Shown: positions 12,548 through 25,619, numbered from the stretch's first letter. The stretch is DNA of 64,000 nucleotides from Dictyostelium discoideum (GCA_000004695.1 CM000154.2:1696001-1760000), one strand, 5' to 3'. Program-made: numbers and translations. The notes: generated by a model not told the origin, from the sequence alone.

Positions 12548-13021
12548 TTAAGGAGTTCTCATTCCTCATCTAAAAATGATATACTCTCTATCCCTGTAGA
12601 GTTTGTTTGGGGATACTCTTCAAAATTTATTTCAACAATATACTGCAATAGTTATTTAATTATATTTGTGAAATAAAAAAAATAATAACAACCACCCCAT
12701 TAAAATAATTAGAGTATCCCTAAGAGAACCTGATTTTTATTTGATTTTTTTTTTATTATTATTATTTTTTTGGTGAATCGGACAATAATACCATTTTATT
12801 TAGTTATAAAATAAAAAAAAAATAAAAAAATAAAAAAAAAAAGAACAATAGACTCATGAGTTAAAAAAAAAAATTATAAACTAAATATTTAGTTTCTTAT
12901 AATTATTTAATTTTTTTTTTATTTTTTTTATTTATTTTAAATAGTAAATTTATATGTATTAAATATATGTATATAGGTATTTATATGAATGTATATTATA
13001 GATAGAGATTATTTTTATTAT

Positions 13022-16000
13022 TTAAAATAAGAATAATTCTTTTTTAATACCTTCTCTCTTCCAAGCTGGAATCTTTAACCATTCAGTTCTAGTCATTTTG
13101 AAAACTTTTTCAAAATCTTCATCATTGAGATAAGTATCCAATTTAGTAGAGTCAACGCCAGCAGGTAATGGATCGGCCAATAACTCTTCATAGGTATAGA
13201 TTTCTTTGAGATAATCTTTAAGTACTTGTTCAACTGGGATACCATCTTTTTCAACCAAAGGTAATTTATTCTTTGGATATTTAGAGGTACACCAAGCACG
13301 GAAATAACTTTTGAAACCAATTGGTTCTTCGAATGGAGTTGCAATTAGTACTTTAGTGTGCTCTTTTGAATGACCCAATTTTGAAGTTTCAATAAAGTTT
13401 AATACAACTTCCATAGAGGCACGTTTAGTACGATGAGTTGCACGACTACCAATCCAAAGGTAAATATGACTTTGTACATCCAATATACAAACGGATCCAA
13501 TATCTAGATCATCTTGAGAGAATGGTGATTCCTCTGTAACTTCAACGATACCCGATGCATTACTACAAACAAAGAAACGTGGTTTATAAGTGAATGAGGT
13601 TGGAATTGAACTACTTTGAATCATAATATCATTAAAGTATTTTTGTCTACCACCTGTACTTTCAAAAGCTGACCAAAATTCATTGGATTCACTACCTTCT
13701 TTTAAGATTTCGATTGGAGCTGAAGTGGAATTGAAATTCTCTGCGATTGAGAGAGCAGAGTTTTGTTCAGCATCCAATGAGAATTTACCATGCCAAATGT
13801 AAATCTTTTCAGGAGTACGCAAGATTGAAACATGTAAAGTATTTAACATTGAGCTTGAGAATTCTACTTGAACGGCACGAATATCAATTTTATCTAAACC
13901 TTTAACTTGATAGAGTGATGGTTTCTTTGGATCATAGTTATTGTATTTACCTTTATGAATTACCATTTTGGTTTTGAAAAGATTTAAAAAGTTTTTACAT
14001 TCTTTATTTGCAACTACTCTAGTTTGAACACAAGCACCAACCAATGATTCATTGAGATCAACTGTTAAATAAGCGGAAGTACCTTTTTCATTGATTGAAG
14101 AATCTCTACCTAAATAATAATAGATAACATGAGCTTCCTTATTATTTTGCATATAGGTATAGAGAACGATATAACTATCTGATGAAAAGAATTGAGAATA
14201 TAAATGTTGTGGATGATCAATCTTTTCATAGTCTTCAATTTTCCAAACTTTAACACGACCACCTTCATCAATTGGTATTGTGAATAAGGCTTCATTATCA
14301 ATGAATGGAGTTGTCATACGTGATGCCAATGTTTCAATTTTATGCTCAACCTTTGAGGTTGCAACATGACTTTTAATCTCTTGACGAGTGGTTGAAATTG
14401 GCAACATACCTGGATAATTTGCAAATTTCTCTTTGAAGAGATTATTTTCACCAAATTCGGTTAATCTTGTTATCTTTGTCCAATCTACACGATCTTTTTG
14501 AGCTTGTAATACCAATGCAACTTTAGTTGCCATTTTTCTTTGAATTGATGATGATTCTTTACCAACCCAAACAAAGATTTCAGTGACACAATCAACAACA
14601 TATACAAATTTAGTATTGAGAATTTCTTTATTTGGTAATTTCCAATCAGTACCTTCCCAAGCTAAACGAGCACGTAATGAATTCTTTTTAACATCTAAAC
14701 CAACACGATAAATTGTAGTTTTAATTGATTCAGTATCTTGTTCCTCTGGAGTTGGAGTTGTTGCGATTGGATCGGAACTATTACCACCTAAAATTTCCCA
14801 AAAATCAAATGATTGTTCATCACGACCTTGATCCAATTGAATTAGTGTTGATTTACCACCTCTTTCTTTTGTACGAATTCTATTTGCAAAATCTAATGCC
14901 TTTGCTTTATTGACACGACTTGTTTTTGAACCTGCCCAGACGAAAATTCTTGGACCAGCATCTAAAATAAAAGAGTTATGACAATTCAATGATGATGTTG
15001 ATAATTTAACCATTCTAACTCTAATCTTTCTTTTACCTTTAACTTGAATTAAAATCTTTTGTTTACCATTTTTAATTGCTGTTAAATCCAAATAACGTGT
15101 TAAATCATCAGCTGATGGATCCAATAAATTACCATTACTACCAGATGATGGAATTGATGATGATGATGGTAATGGTGAGAGTACTTCTTTTTCATTGATA
15201 CCGAACATTTTAATGATATCAATTGAACGTTTTCTTGCAGCTTCCAAACCATCGATCCAACGAGTACAATCATCAAATTCTGCTGTTGGTGCGATTGTAC
15301 GGAAATTACAAACTACTTGATTCATTGAATCATATAGAGTGAATTCATTTGGTGAAATCTTTTTAATTAATGAAATTGAAGATAATTGGATTCTGAGCTC
15401 TGGTGTTGTTGATAGTTTATTACGTGATACAAATAAATCCTCTGCTAATAAGGCAACAAAACATTGACCCCACATTGAAAAGATACCAGGTAATTTTCTT
15501 GATAATTGACCTTCCAATGGTTGCTCTTCTTCCTCTTCTTCAACACCCCCTTCATTGGTATTTGATTCGTCATCACTCATTGGTGAACTAATTAATTCAT
15601 CCATTGTTGAAGCTCTTGTTAATACTGATTTTGGTTTAGTTTCACCTGAACTCTTTAGATTTTGACGTAATACTGATAACCATGATCCACGTTCTTCTTT
15701 GGTTTTTGCTAATAAATGAATGATACGATTTGGTGTTGACAATTGGAAACTAAAACCTTGAATTGTGAAAATTTCTTTGGTTTTATGTGCAGAGATTGCT
15801 TTCTCCAAATGAATAGTCTCTAATGGATCCAATTGTTTCAATGATTTATTCTTGTATGAATAAAGCATACCCTCTGAAACTACATACCATTTCTCTGTAT
15901 TTGAATTCCATAATAAACCTGGTATTAATTCTGTTAAATTACCTTCAATTACAATATCACTTTGTTTAATACCTGTACTTGAATTTAATGGAGTTGATGA

Positions 16001-18213
16001 TGTTGAATTGTTTGCTCTTAATGGTGGTGGTGTTGAAGAAGAAGATGTAGTGGTGGTGGTGGTAGTAGTGGTAGTGGTGGTTGATGAAGTTTGAGCAATT
16101 GATAATGGTGATGCAAATGTTGATGGTGGTGTCGATGTTGATGATGATGGTGATGGTTTTGAAAATCCACCTGAACTTTTCAATGATGTATATGATGGAT
16201 TTCTTGATAATACACTATGATGTCTAGTTTGAGTTGGTGTTGATGATTTTGGTGTTGTTGAATTTGGTGATTCGCTACCTTGTTGTTGTTGTTGTTGTTG
16301 TTCTTTTGGTGATGGTACAGAGAATTTTTGTAATGCATTTTTATTTTCAGATATAACCATTGGTGATGGTGCAACAGGTGTTGTATTAACTAAATGAAAT
16401 TCACCCATTGTTGGTGAAACAACAGATTGATCAACTTGTTGTTTCATTTCTCTATAAGCATTAATTGATTGACACCAAGCATCTCTTTGTTTAACAGTTG
16501 AACATTCCATTCTATGTTCTTTTCCATTTAAAAGTATAATATTGAAACGTAAAGACCATTCCTCACCAGAGGTATTTTCATCTTCATCATAAATGTCAAC
16601 ATATTTTATATTTAAGACTGGTGAATCCCAAATTGCTTGAGCAGAATCTTCATTTAAGAAACAATAAATTTTATCTTTTACAATCTTTAAATATCTATTC
16701 TCATAAGAATTAAATAACCAACCTTCAATTTCTTGTTTAACAATACCTTCAGTAATGAATGGTGAATCACCGCCATTACCATCACCATCGCCACCACCAC
16801 CACCACTACCACTATTACCAATTGAAAGTTTTGATAATTGTTCTAATTTATCTTTTTCTTTACTTTTACCACCTTCTTCTTCTGATACTTCATAAATTGA
16901 TTGAACTCCATCTGGTTTCATTGAGATTGTGTGTGGAATAACTTTTAATTGTTTATCAGCGAACCAAAGTGAGCAATCTGTAGTTGGATCACCAGATGGG
17001 CAAGGAGGGAAAATATCTTCTTGGAAAAGTTGTGATTTTCTTGGACACATAAATGAAACCATTTCAACAGAATTTGCAGCAGTTAAACGTAAGAATCTAT
17101 CGATTTCACAAATGTTAACATCGACAACACTCTTTGGTAATAGGGTGATAGCACTTTGAGTGACATTACCAAATGTTGCTTTACCAATATGATGAGCGTT
17201 ATTCTTTTCAATTTCATAATAATAGATACCATCACCTTTACCGCCTAAATAAACCATATTGGTACCGAAATCATAATAAGGTGATAGGATTGAAGAATCG
17301 GTTGTAACATCTTTTGAAACCAATGGTTGTGAAGATTGTAATTGACGTGGATCCCAAAGATATAATTGACGTTGTGCACTTTTATTTGCGCCAACAGTAC
17401 AAATCAATTCTAAACCATTTGAATCAGCCCAACATAATTTAAATCCTTGTGCACCTTCGTGAGTTGATATAGTTTGAATTGGTGTTGATTGACTTCTTGG
17501 ATCGTATAATCTCATTTTCTTATCCCTTGATGAGGTTGCCAACTTGTCACCACCACTCCAAGTATTCCAACCGACAGACATAATCAAATCTTCATGTCCT
17601 GTTAATTTTTGAATCACTGATGATTGTTCACCTGTGCTTGATAAATCCCAAATATCCAATGTATAATCCAATGTTGATGACATAAATAATGAATCCACTG
17701 ATGGATGAAAATAAACACCTGTAACTCTTTTTTGTTGTTTTGGTAATGTAATCAATGGTGTCACTAAATTATCCTTTATCAATCCTTCCTCTGGCACTTC
17801 CCATATCTTTATCGTACAATCTCTACTACCAGTTGCAATAACATAATCATTAAAATTACTAAATTCAAAACATGATATTGGATCTGTATGTCCTTTAATA
17901 CAAAATGGTGTATCTGGTACTTTACCATGATTACTTAATTTTGTAATTGATAAACATGATCCACCTAAATAAATAAAAATAAAATAAAATAAAAATATTA
18001 ATATATTTATTTAATTATTTAATTATTTATTAATACTTTACCACCAATTGAAGAAGGATAAGCAAATAAACTTTTTGAAGATTTTAAAAGTTCTTCAGAT
18101 GCTGAATTAACTTTTAAATTTGTATAAAATAATTCTTTTTTACAAACTTTGCTAAATACATTTCTTACTTTTGATTCCCTTACAATTGATTTTTCAATAC
18201 TTTTATATTCCAT
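13022..18213 (-). CDS. vilA: Villidin (coronin-like WD repeats + PH domains + gelsolin repeats + villin headpiece), 1704 aa
   Basis: Exon 1, 18042..18213: MEYKSIEKSIVRESKVRNVFSKVCKKELFYTNLKVNSASEE...SSIGG, which looks like a coronin N-terminus, with a GTAAAG donor. Exon 2, 13022..17964 (acceptor AG at 17965-17966): GSCLSITKLSNHGKVPDTPFCIKGHTDP... It carries coronin-type WD repeats, PH-like segments, gelsolin/villin segments and a C-terminal headpiece KLPAWKREGIKKELFLF*. The total is 5115 nt, i.e. 1704 aa, which matches the villidin architecture as I recall it. Internal poly-T/S and poly-Q tracts are present. Confidence 0.9.
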
Positions 18214-18625
18214 TTTTTATATCGTTTTTATTATTATTATTATTATTTTTTTTTTTTAAAAATACATTAAAATATACACACAAATTTCTTTTAAAAATTT
18301 GGATATTTATTAGTTTTATAAAAATACAATGAAAAAAATAAAATAAAATAAAAATAAAAAGTCTTAAAAAAAGTAAAATCTAAATTTTACAATTTTGGAA
18401 AAATGAAAAATAATATTGGTAGGTTAATAAATAATTTTAAAATTATGCAATTTGTAAAAATAATTTTGGTTTAAATATTAAAAAAAAAAAAACGAATAGA
18501 AATTTATTAATTTAAATTAATAAATAAAAACCTTTTAAATATGTAAATATATATTTATATATATTAACAAGAAAGAAAATCTCCCCAATTAATTATGGGA
18601 ATAAAAAATAGTAAAAAAAAAAAAT

Positions 18626-18663
<38 letters not shown>

Positions 18664-20259
18664 GGAATGAAAGATTATATTCTAAATAATATTGTTATTA
18701 AATTTGAAACAAAAAAAAAAACTAGAATAAAAGATTATAATTCTAAATAATTTACAAAAATATTTTAAAATAAAAAGAATTACAATAATGAAAAACAAAA
18801 ATAAAAAAAAAAAAATAAAAATAAAAATTTAAAAAAATAAAAATAAAAAATTTAAAATAAAAATGAAACTAATAAAACACATTATCGTACACTGTTTATG
18901 TGGATTTTTAGTTTTTAAAAAAAAATAAATATATATTTATGTGGGGATATTTATAAATATCTAAATAATTTTAAAAAAAAAAAAAATATACATACTAAAG
19001 GGGTATTAGAAAAAAAAAAAAAACACAAATTGTGTGCAGGAAAAAAATAATTTTATATAGTATTATTAATATTAATATTAAGTGAAGTGAGTTTATATAT
19101 TTTTGCAATAAACAAAAATAAAAATAATAAAAATAAGAATGATAAAAATAATAATAATAATAATAATAATAAAAAGAGATTGTTGATTTTTAGATGATAA
19201 TAAAAAAAAATAATAATAATAATAAAAATAAAATTAAAAAAAAAAAAAAAATTAAAAAAAAACAAATAAATTAATTATTTTACAGTTAAAAATTTCAATA
19301 AAATCATGATGGAGTGTTTTTGTGTGTCTTTTTTTTTTTTATTTTGTATGTAAAAACTCTAAAATTATCATAATAAATGTTTATTTATGCGAAAGTATTG
19401 TTTTTTTTTTTTTTTTATTTTTTTTTTTATTTTTTTTTTTGTCCACACACCCACACATTTCACCACCAAACACACACCCCCACAAAAGAATATTTTTAGG
19501 AAGTTTAAAAATAGATTATTACAGCAGGAAAACAATAATATGTTGTTTTTTTTATGTGAGAGTTTCTATTTGTGTGAATTTATATGATTACCTTTAATTC
19601 ATATATTGACTGTGTATGTTATTATTAATGTTGTTATTAATGTTATCTAAATGAAAACAATAAGCACCCCTCTAATAATATAACAGCTAAACATTACACT
19701 AACTAACAACAAGCAGCACGTACACACACAATAAACACACACACACACAAAACATCTTTAAGCTTGTTTTATTTTTTTTCTTTTTTTTTTTATCTGTTTA
19801 ATCTAGATTTTGTAAATTACAATTATTATCATTGATTTTTTTTGTAGTTTCATTTAATTTTACCTGAAAAGATTTTGTTAATATCTTTTTATTATAACCC
19901 CTAATCAAATTACTACATTTGTATAAACTCTTTTTTTTTTTTTTTTTTTCCTTTCTTTTTATTTTTATTTAATTATTTGTACTTCCAAAATACATCATAT
20001 TCATCGACATATAAAAAAAACAATATTAACTGTAAAAAGAATATATATAAAAAAAAACTAATGATAAAATAAATAAATAAATACGATCAAATTTTGATTT
20101 ATGAGTGAGATGATAATCCAAGTGTTGTGTGAAATTTACCTTTTATATTTTTTTATTTTTTATTTTTTATTTTTATTTATTTTTTTATTTTTATTTTTTT
20201 ATTTTTATTTTTATTTATTTTTTTATATATAAAAATACAAAATAGAACACACTAAAAAA

Positions 20260-20291
<32 letters not shown>

Positions 20292-20408
20292 AAAAAAGAA
20301 AACAAAAATAAAAAAAGTGGTTTTGATTGCTGATTAAGTGTTTTTTTTTTTTTTTTTTTGTTATTAAAATAAAAATTAAATAAAATTTTGCAAATATTTT
20401 CGTGAGGC

Positions 20409-20439
<31 letters not shown>

Positions 20440-21736
20440 AAAAAAATAAAAATAAAAAAAGGATTTTTTCAAAAACACAACTGACTCAAAAGATCTGAAT
20501 TTGCTTATTAAAATACAAATAGAAGCATATATACAACTACATTGTTTAAATACTCCGCATAAATCATTTCTATTTTTAATGAAATGACTAAAATAATGAT
20601 TAGCTATTTCATAGTCTTTTATTATTTTATAGTGTGAACGTATTTTATATTCTTTTATTATTTTATAGTCTGAATACATTGCTAAAAATACAATCTACAT
20701 GAATTTGGGTTAACCCCATTTAAAATAAAAATATTATTTTTTTTTTATTATTTTATTTTTTTTATTTTTTTTATACATAATATTTGTGTTAAAATGAAAT
20801 TTATTTTTTTTATGTTTTTTATAATTGCTTTAGGTCATACACTTATAAACAGTTTTGATCAAGAATGTAGCAATCTTTATTTATTGAAACGTGATTTAAC
20901 CTATTTAACATCAATATTTTAAATAAAAAAAATATTTATTTAAAAATTTTTTAGTTTTTTTTAGTTTTTTTTAATTTTTAATTTTGATTTTTTTTTTTTT
21001 TTTTCATTTTAAATATTCATTATAATTCAACATACAAAAATGGTAAACAATGATGCAAAAATTGGTAGAAGAGAATTCTATGATAGAGTAGAATCGGTCA
21101 GACCAAAATCTCCACCACGTGAACGTCCAACATACACTTATTCAAACAGCCGTACAGTCGACGGTTATTCAAATCGTGGCCCAAGAGCTGATTTCTAATC
21201 TTTTAAAAAAAAATTATTAGTTTTTTTTATATGTCTATATGGTGAATGTAAATATTTACAATTTATAGTAGCAATAATAAATACTTTATTTTCAGTATTG
21301 CCAACAATCAGCAATACTAATTATATAATTTATTTAATTTTAGCACAACATCATCGAAAGAAAATTCAAAATAATAAAAAGAAATAAAAAAATAAAATTT
21401 TTTTTTTTTGTTTTATTTATTTATTTATTTATTTATTTCACCACAACCATTGGTTCATATTTTGGCAAACCCGATCCTTATGAAATATTAATCCAAGATT
21501 GTAGATGGAAGAAAGATAGTTTAAAAGTTAGATTCAAAATTGAACAAGTACAATAAATTTATATATTTAAAATAAAATTCATGAAGCATGTAATTGTTAT
21601 GTAAATTTTTACATAGACGCGACGATGCAAAAATAAATTTTAATTTTTTTTGTTTTTTTTTTTTTTTTTTAAAAATGAGATATATTTTTATAAAAATCAT
21701 TGCAAAAAAAATTTTTACTATATTTCTTAATTCAAA

Positions 21737-22105
21737 ATGAACAACATTATTACTGTCGAATCGTGTAATAATACTAATAAATGGAACAACACATTTTATT
21801 TAAAATATTCTGATCACCAAATCAATTACACCCAAAGAGCTTGTTGGGCAATCGGAGTTAGTGGAGACGTTGTTGATCATGCATTAGTATCAATCGATTC
21901 AAATCATTACAGACTTACTGTTACTTTCGACGGAAATCCAAGTAAATTCAGAATTCTTAGAGGCGACCGTGAAAATATTATGAATGAAATTGTTACTTTA
22001 AATGGTACTCAAAACTTTACAATTCATGGACTTGCCAAGGAAGAATCAATTAAAAACACTGCCCTCCATTTTCAACATATTCAACCAGACTATACATTTG
22101 TATAG
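21737..22105 (+). CDS. Hypothetical protein (122 aa)
   Basis: ORF MNNIITVESCNNTNKWNNTFYLKYSDHQINYTQRACWAIGVSGDVVDHALVSIDSNHYRLTVTFDGNPSKFRILRGD... It has non-repetitive composition and a canonical ATG, and it lies in a gene-containing interval. No family assignment is possible. Confidence 0.35.
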   Translation: MNNIITVESCNNTNKWNNTFYLKYSDHQINYTQRACWAIGVSGDVVDHALVSIDSNHYRLTVTFDGNPSKFRILRGDRENIMNEIVTLNGTQNFTIHGLAKEESIKNTALHFQHIQPDYTFV

Positions 22106-22253
22106 GGTATTATTAAATTAAAAGACCAAAATAAATTTAAAAGGTTATTTTTGAACCGTTTGTTTACCAACAAAATAGATAACTCTTATATAAGGGACAA
22201 TACATATTATTTTATTTTAAAAAATTATTTCGTAAATAAAATCGTTTTGTAAA

Positions 22254-23225
22254 TTATTGTTCGCTATGGTTGTATGTTGCGATAGATGGGTCATTAAATG
22301 TATTTAAATATTCAATATCTAATTCTCCAATTGGATTCTTTTTTGACACATGATTCATTAGATTTAACACGTCACTTGATTTAATATTTTCATTAATTTT
22401 TAAATATGATATAAAACTTTTGATAAATGAGTGTACATACAACGCACATGAGTTTTTTGTTTTTTGTTTTGTGTGATCTTTACTAAATAAGATTTTAATA
22501 TTATTTTTAAGCAACCAGCTATATAACTCTTTAACTTCTTCGTTTTCAAAATAGTTTTCTTCTGATCCTGCTGGATCATAAATAAAACAATAATAACTTC
22601 TTCTAATTTTTATTATAACGACTAAACTAACGTGCCATTCAACTATTTCATCTCCAGAATTTGTATATACAAAGAATGAGATAATATTATGTTTACCAAA
22701 ATTTGACCATACAGCATCATTTTCACTGAACATTGCACCACCTTTATTTTTAAAAAACTTTTCAGAGATTGGTTCTATTGTTCTATCTTTATCGTTATGA
22801 ATGAAATGCATATTTAAATTTGGTTCAGATGATAATAAAGAAGTTTTAAAGCTTGAACAATAAACACCATTAAACTTTATATGATTTTGTGAATGTTCAA
22901 ATACTATTTTTTTTTTTTCTTTCTCTAATTTCTCTTGATATTCTTTTATCAACAATATCTTTTGAACATCATATTGTTTTTCCATTTCCTTTTGAATTTC
23001 TTGTTGTTTTTCATTCAATTTATTTTCAAATAAATTATGCTTTTCTAATTCCATTTGATCTTTTTCTTTTTGTTGTTTTTCTCTCCATCTTTCACGATTT
23101 ACTCTTCGATATTCTTGAGTTGTTTCATCATTTTTATATTTTGTTCTTCTTTTTGATGCACGATCAATCTCTCTCTTTCTTGCTCTCTTTTCTTCTTCAG
23201 TTAAATTTGATTTCGGTCTTGCCAT
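22254..23225 (-). CDS. Hypothetical protein with N-terminal basic region plus coiled coil (bZIP-like) and an unassigned ~200-aa C-terminal domain
   Basis: A 323-aa intact ORF. MARPKSNLTEEEKRARKREIDRASKRRTKYKNDETTQEYRRVNRERWREKQQKEKDQMELEK (basic cluster followed by heptad-like K/E repeats). Then a non-repetitive C-terminal region (…IYDPAGSEENYFENEEVKELYSWLLKNNIKILFS…). Confidence 0.5.
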   Translation of the reverse strand: MARPKSNLTEEEKRARKREIDRASKRRTKYKNDETTQEYRRVNRERWREKQQKEKDQMELEKHNLFENKLNEKQQEIQKEMEKQYDVQKILLIKEYQEKLEKEKKKIVFEHSQNHIKFNGVYCSSFKTSLLSSEPNLNMHFIHNDKDRTIEPISEKFFKNKGGAMFSENDAVWSNFGKHNIISFFVYTNSGDEIVEWHVSLVVIIKIRRSYYCFIYDPAGSEENYFENEEVKELYSWLLKNNIKILFSKDHTKQKTKNSCALYVHSFIKSFISYLKINENIKSSDVLNLMNHVSKKNPIGELDIEYLNTFNDPSIATYNHSEQ

Positions 23226-23546
23226 TTGATTAAATGTTAAATTTTTATGATGATCACTAAATTGAAATAAATAATAAAAACCGAAAAGTTTTTTTTTTTT
23301 CGATTTTTATTTTTATTTTTATTTTTTTTTTTTTAATTTTATTATTTTTTATTAATTGTGATAATTAATAGAATTTTTTTAAATAAATATTATTTGTATA
23401 ACTAAAAATATACAACAACAAAGATATTTTAATTTTAAAAATCAAAATAATATGTATGTGGTGAAAATAATATGGTATATGAAACATAAAATAAATAAAT
23501 AATATGATATATGAAACATAAAAATAATATGATAAAAACAATTTTA

Positions 23547-24254
23547 TTATTTTGGTTTTGATATTCTTTCTAAATATGAAGCATCATTTTTCATTAATGA
23601 TATTAATTCTTTGCTATATTCTAGTTTCTTTTGAAACTCATTGAATCGATGAGTTAAATCTAATCTTTTTTGTTCTAAATCAATAACAATACTATATAAG
23701 TGAGCATAATTTTTATTTTTAAAATTGATCGAATTTAAAATAATATTTTCGATCTGTTGTAAAGCGATAATACCTGATGCTTTAACTAATCTTTCATCGG
23801 TAGTTATTGTAATATTTGTATTGAATACAGTTTCAGAATCATAATCTTTATATTTGGATGAAGTAAAAGGAATATCTTTTATTGGAGAAAGAATAGTTGA
23901 TAACGTTTTTTTAATTTCTTTGTCTATAAATACTACCTCCACAATCCATAATATTGGATCGAATACATTAATTGTTTGTTTAATTGGTTGAGTTTGAGTT
24001 TGAGTTTGAGTTTGAGTTTGAGTTTCAGTTTCAGTTTCAGTTTGAGTTTGAGTTTGAGTTGGAGTTGGAGTTGGAGTTGTAGTTGTAGTTGTAGTTGGAG
24101 TTGGAGTTGTAGTTGGAGTTTGTCTTTCTAAATAATGTTTTAATAAAAGTGATTCTTTTATTTGTATTGGTATAATTACCAATTCTTTTATAGATTCCTC
24201 TAATTCTTTTTGATTTTTTACAATATGTCCACATTGAATCAATTGGTAGTTCAT
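23547..24254 (-). CDS. Hypothetical protein with (TP)n/(TQ)n/(TE)n linker
   Basis: A 235-aa ORF: MNYQLIQCGHIVKNQKELEESIKELVIIPIQIKESLLLKHYLERQ, then TPTPTTTTTTTPTPTPTQTQTQTETETETQTQTQTQTQTQ, then a non-repetitive C-terminal half ending ...ERISKPK*. Codon usage is Dictyostelium-like. Confidence 0.4.
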   Translation of the reverse strand: MNYQLIQCGHIVKNQKELEESIKELVIIPIQIKESLLLKHYLERQTPTTTPTPTTTTTTTPTPTPTQTQTQTETETETQTQTQTQTQTQPIKQTINVFDPILWIVEVVFIDKEIKKTLSTILSPIKDIPFTSSKYKDYDSETVFNTNITITTDERLVKASGIIALQQIENIILNSINFKNKNYAHLYSIVIDLEQKRLDLTHRFNEFQKKLEYSKELISLMKNDASYLERISKPK

Positions 24255-24313
24255 CCAAAAACATTTGCAATTCTACATTAAAAGCTTTTTCTGAAATTAT
24301 TCTTCAATCGGGT

Positions 24314-24688
24314 TTGGTAAAACCATCAGCTACAACATTAGTATTCCAACAACAAGCACCTGGTCATTTTAACTGTGGCTTTTATGCTGCATCAAACTTT
24401 TGTATTGTTGTTAAATCTATTCTCGAAGGAATTACAATTGGTCCTCAATTTCAACATGATCCAAAAAATTATTTAATCAATCCAGAATATTTAAGAGCAT
24501 TATTCAGAACAATGTTTCAATTTTTAGAAACGAATGATCCTAAATTTGTTAATGATTTTGCAAGATTACAATATTATTTTGAAGAATATATTAAAAAAGA
24601 TTGCTCAATTGATTTTAAATCATCAATTCCACTAAATTCAGGAAATATGGTTCGAAAAAAACAAATTAAACCAATAAATAAAAATTAA
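24314..24688 (+). CDS. Hypothetical ORF with a Q-x7-NCG-FYA motif reminiscent of cysteine-peptidase/deubiquitinase active-site boxes (weak)
   Basis: A 124-aa ORF. The frame stays open upstream to at least 24242, where it overlaps the 5' end of the minus-strand ORF 23547..24254, so the true start and exon structure are unknown. Contains ...FQQQAPGHFNCGFYAASNFCIV.... Confidence 0.3.
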   Translation: MVKPSATTLVFQQQAPGHFNCGFYAASNFCIVVKSILEGITIGPQFQHDPKNYLINPEYLRALFRTMFQFLETNDPKFVNDFARLQYYFEEYIKKDCSIDFKSSIPLNSGNMVRKKQIKPINKN

Positions 24689-24692
24689 TTTT

Positions 24693-24730
<38 letters not shown>

Positions 24731-24816
24731 ATTATAAATTTAATTTTTAATTTTATTTTTAACTTTTTTTTTTATATTTTTTTTAATTTCGTAAATTATT
24801 GCTAAATATTACTAAT

Positions 24817-25575
24817 ATGTACACATACGAAGACTTTGAAATTATTTTAACATCACCTGTAAACAACTACCACAAAAAATTAAGTCATACAATTAAAAAA
24901 AACAAAATAACATTAAATAATAAAGAATTTGATATCATTGAAAATAATTCTATAAAATATATAAAATCAAGTGATAAAGAAGAAATAATTGGGCATTACC
25001 ATATAAATAATAATAAACATTTAAATTATAAAAATACTAGAAAACGTATAGTAGATGATCAAATTCTAATAAAATCAACAGAAATTAAAAGTTACATTTT
25101 AAAATGTGGATGCAACCCCTGCAACAAAGAAAACGATAATGAAATTAGTATTAATAGAGACGTAAAAGAGAATATAGGTCCAATAAAATTATTTAAAGAA
25201 ACAAATCTTACAAATTGTAATAATAATAATAATAATATTACTACTCTACAACCTAATATTGAAATTATATCAAGTTACAATGAAAATGAAGAAACATACG
25301 AAGAAGAAACAAATAAAAAAAGAAAATTAAATTTTGAAAATTGTTCAACATATTCCACACAATTTACTTTAGGTTCAAAAAAAGTTTTAGTTATTTCAAC
25401 TACTAAAGAAAATATAAATAATTTAGATAATAAAGAGTCTATTGTAGAAAATTCATTTTTTATTTTTGATAGTTGCCAAATAGAAAATAATGAAATAAAT
25501 AACTATAAAGAAATAATATTATCAAAAGTTAGCCAAGACCCAATGTTTATTAAATATTTAAACATGTATAAATAA
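24817..25575 (+). CDS. Hypothetical Asn/Lys-rich protein
   Basis: The first in-frame ATG is at 24817 (MYTYEDFEIILTSPVNNYHKK...), and the ORF runs to the stop at 25573-25575. It is non-repetitive apart from an N-run, and contains a Cys cluster (KCGCNPCNKE). Confidence 0.45.
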   Translation: MYTYEDFEIILTSPVNNYHKKLSHTIKKNKITLNNKEFDIIENNSIKYIKSSDKEEIIGHYHINNNKHLNYKNTRKRIVDDQILIKSTEIKSYILKCGCNPCNKENDNEISINRDVKENIGPIKLFKETNLTNCNNNNNNITTLQPNIEIISSYNENEETYEEETNKKRKLNFENCSTYSTQFTLGSKKVLVISTTKENINNLDNKESIVENSFFIFDSCQIENNEINNYKEIILSKVSQDPMFIKYLNMYK

Positions 25576-25619
25576 AATAAATAATTTAAAAATTTTTAAT
25601 TAAAACTAGAGCATATATA

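Noticed and set aside
13093-17159. Short antisense and alternate-frame ORFs inside the villidin exon (13093..13344, 14110..14301, 14725..14913, 15403..15591, 16180..16374, 16759..17159)
   Set aside because: They are fully embedded in a long, homology-supported coding exon on the opposite strand or frame. The His/Gln-rich ones mirror the poly-T/S/Q coding repeats.
19053-19597. ORFs 19053..19265 (−) and 19322..19597 (+) in the villidin upstream region
   Set aside because: Poly-F/L/N low complexity arising from AT-rich DNA. The embedded CA-rich stretches look like promoter elements, not coding sequence.
20215-20679. Minus-strand 154-aa ORF
   Set aside because: Mostly poly-F/K over homopolymer tracts, and its 3' half covers the 45-bp tandem duplication. 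It has no coding character.
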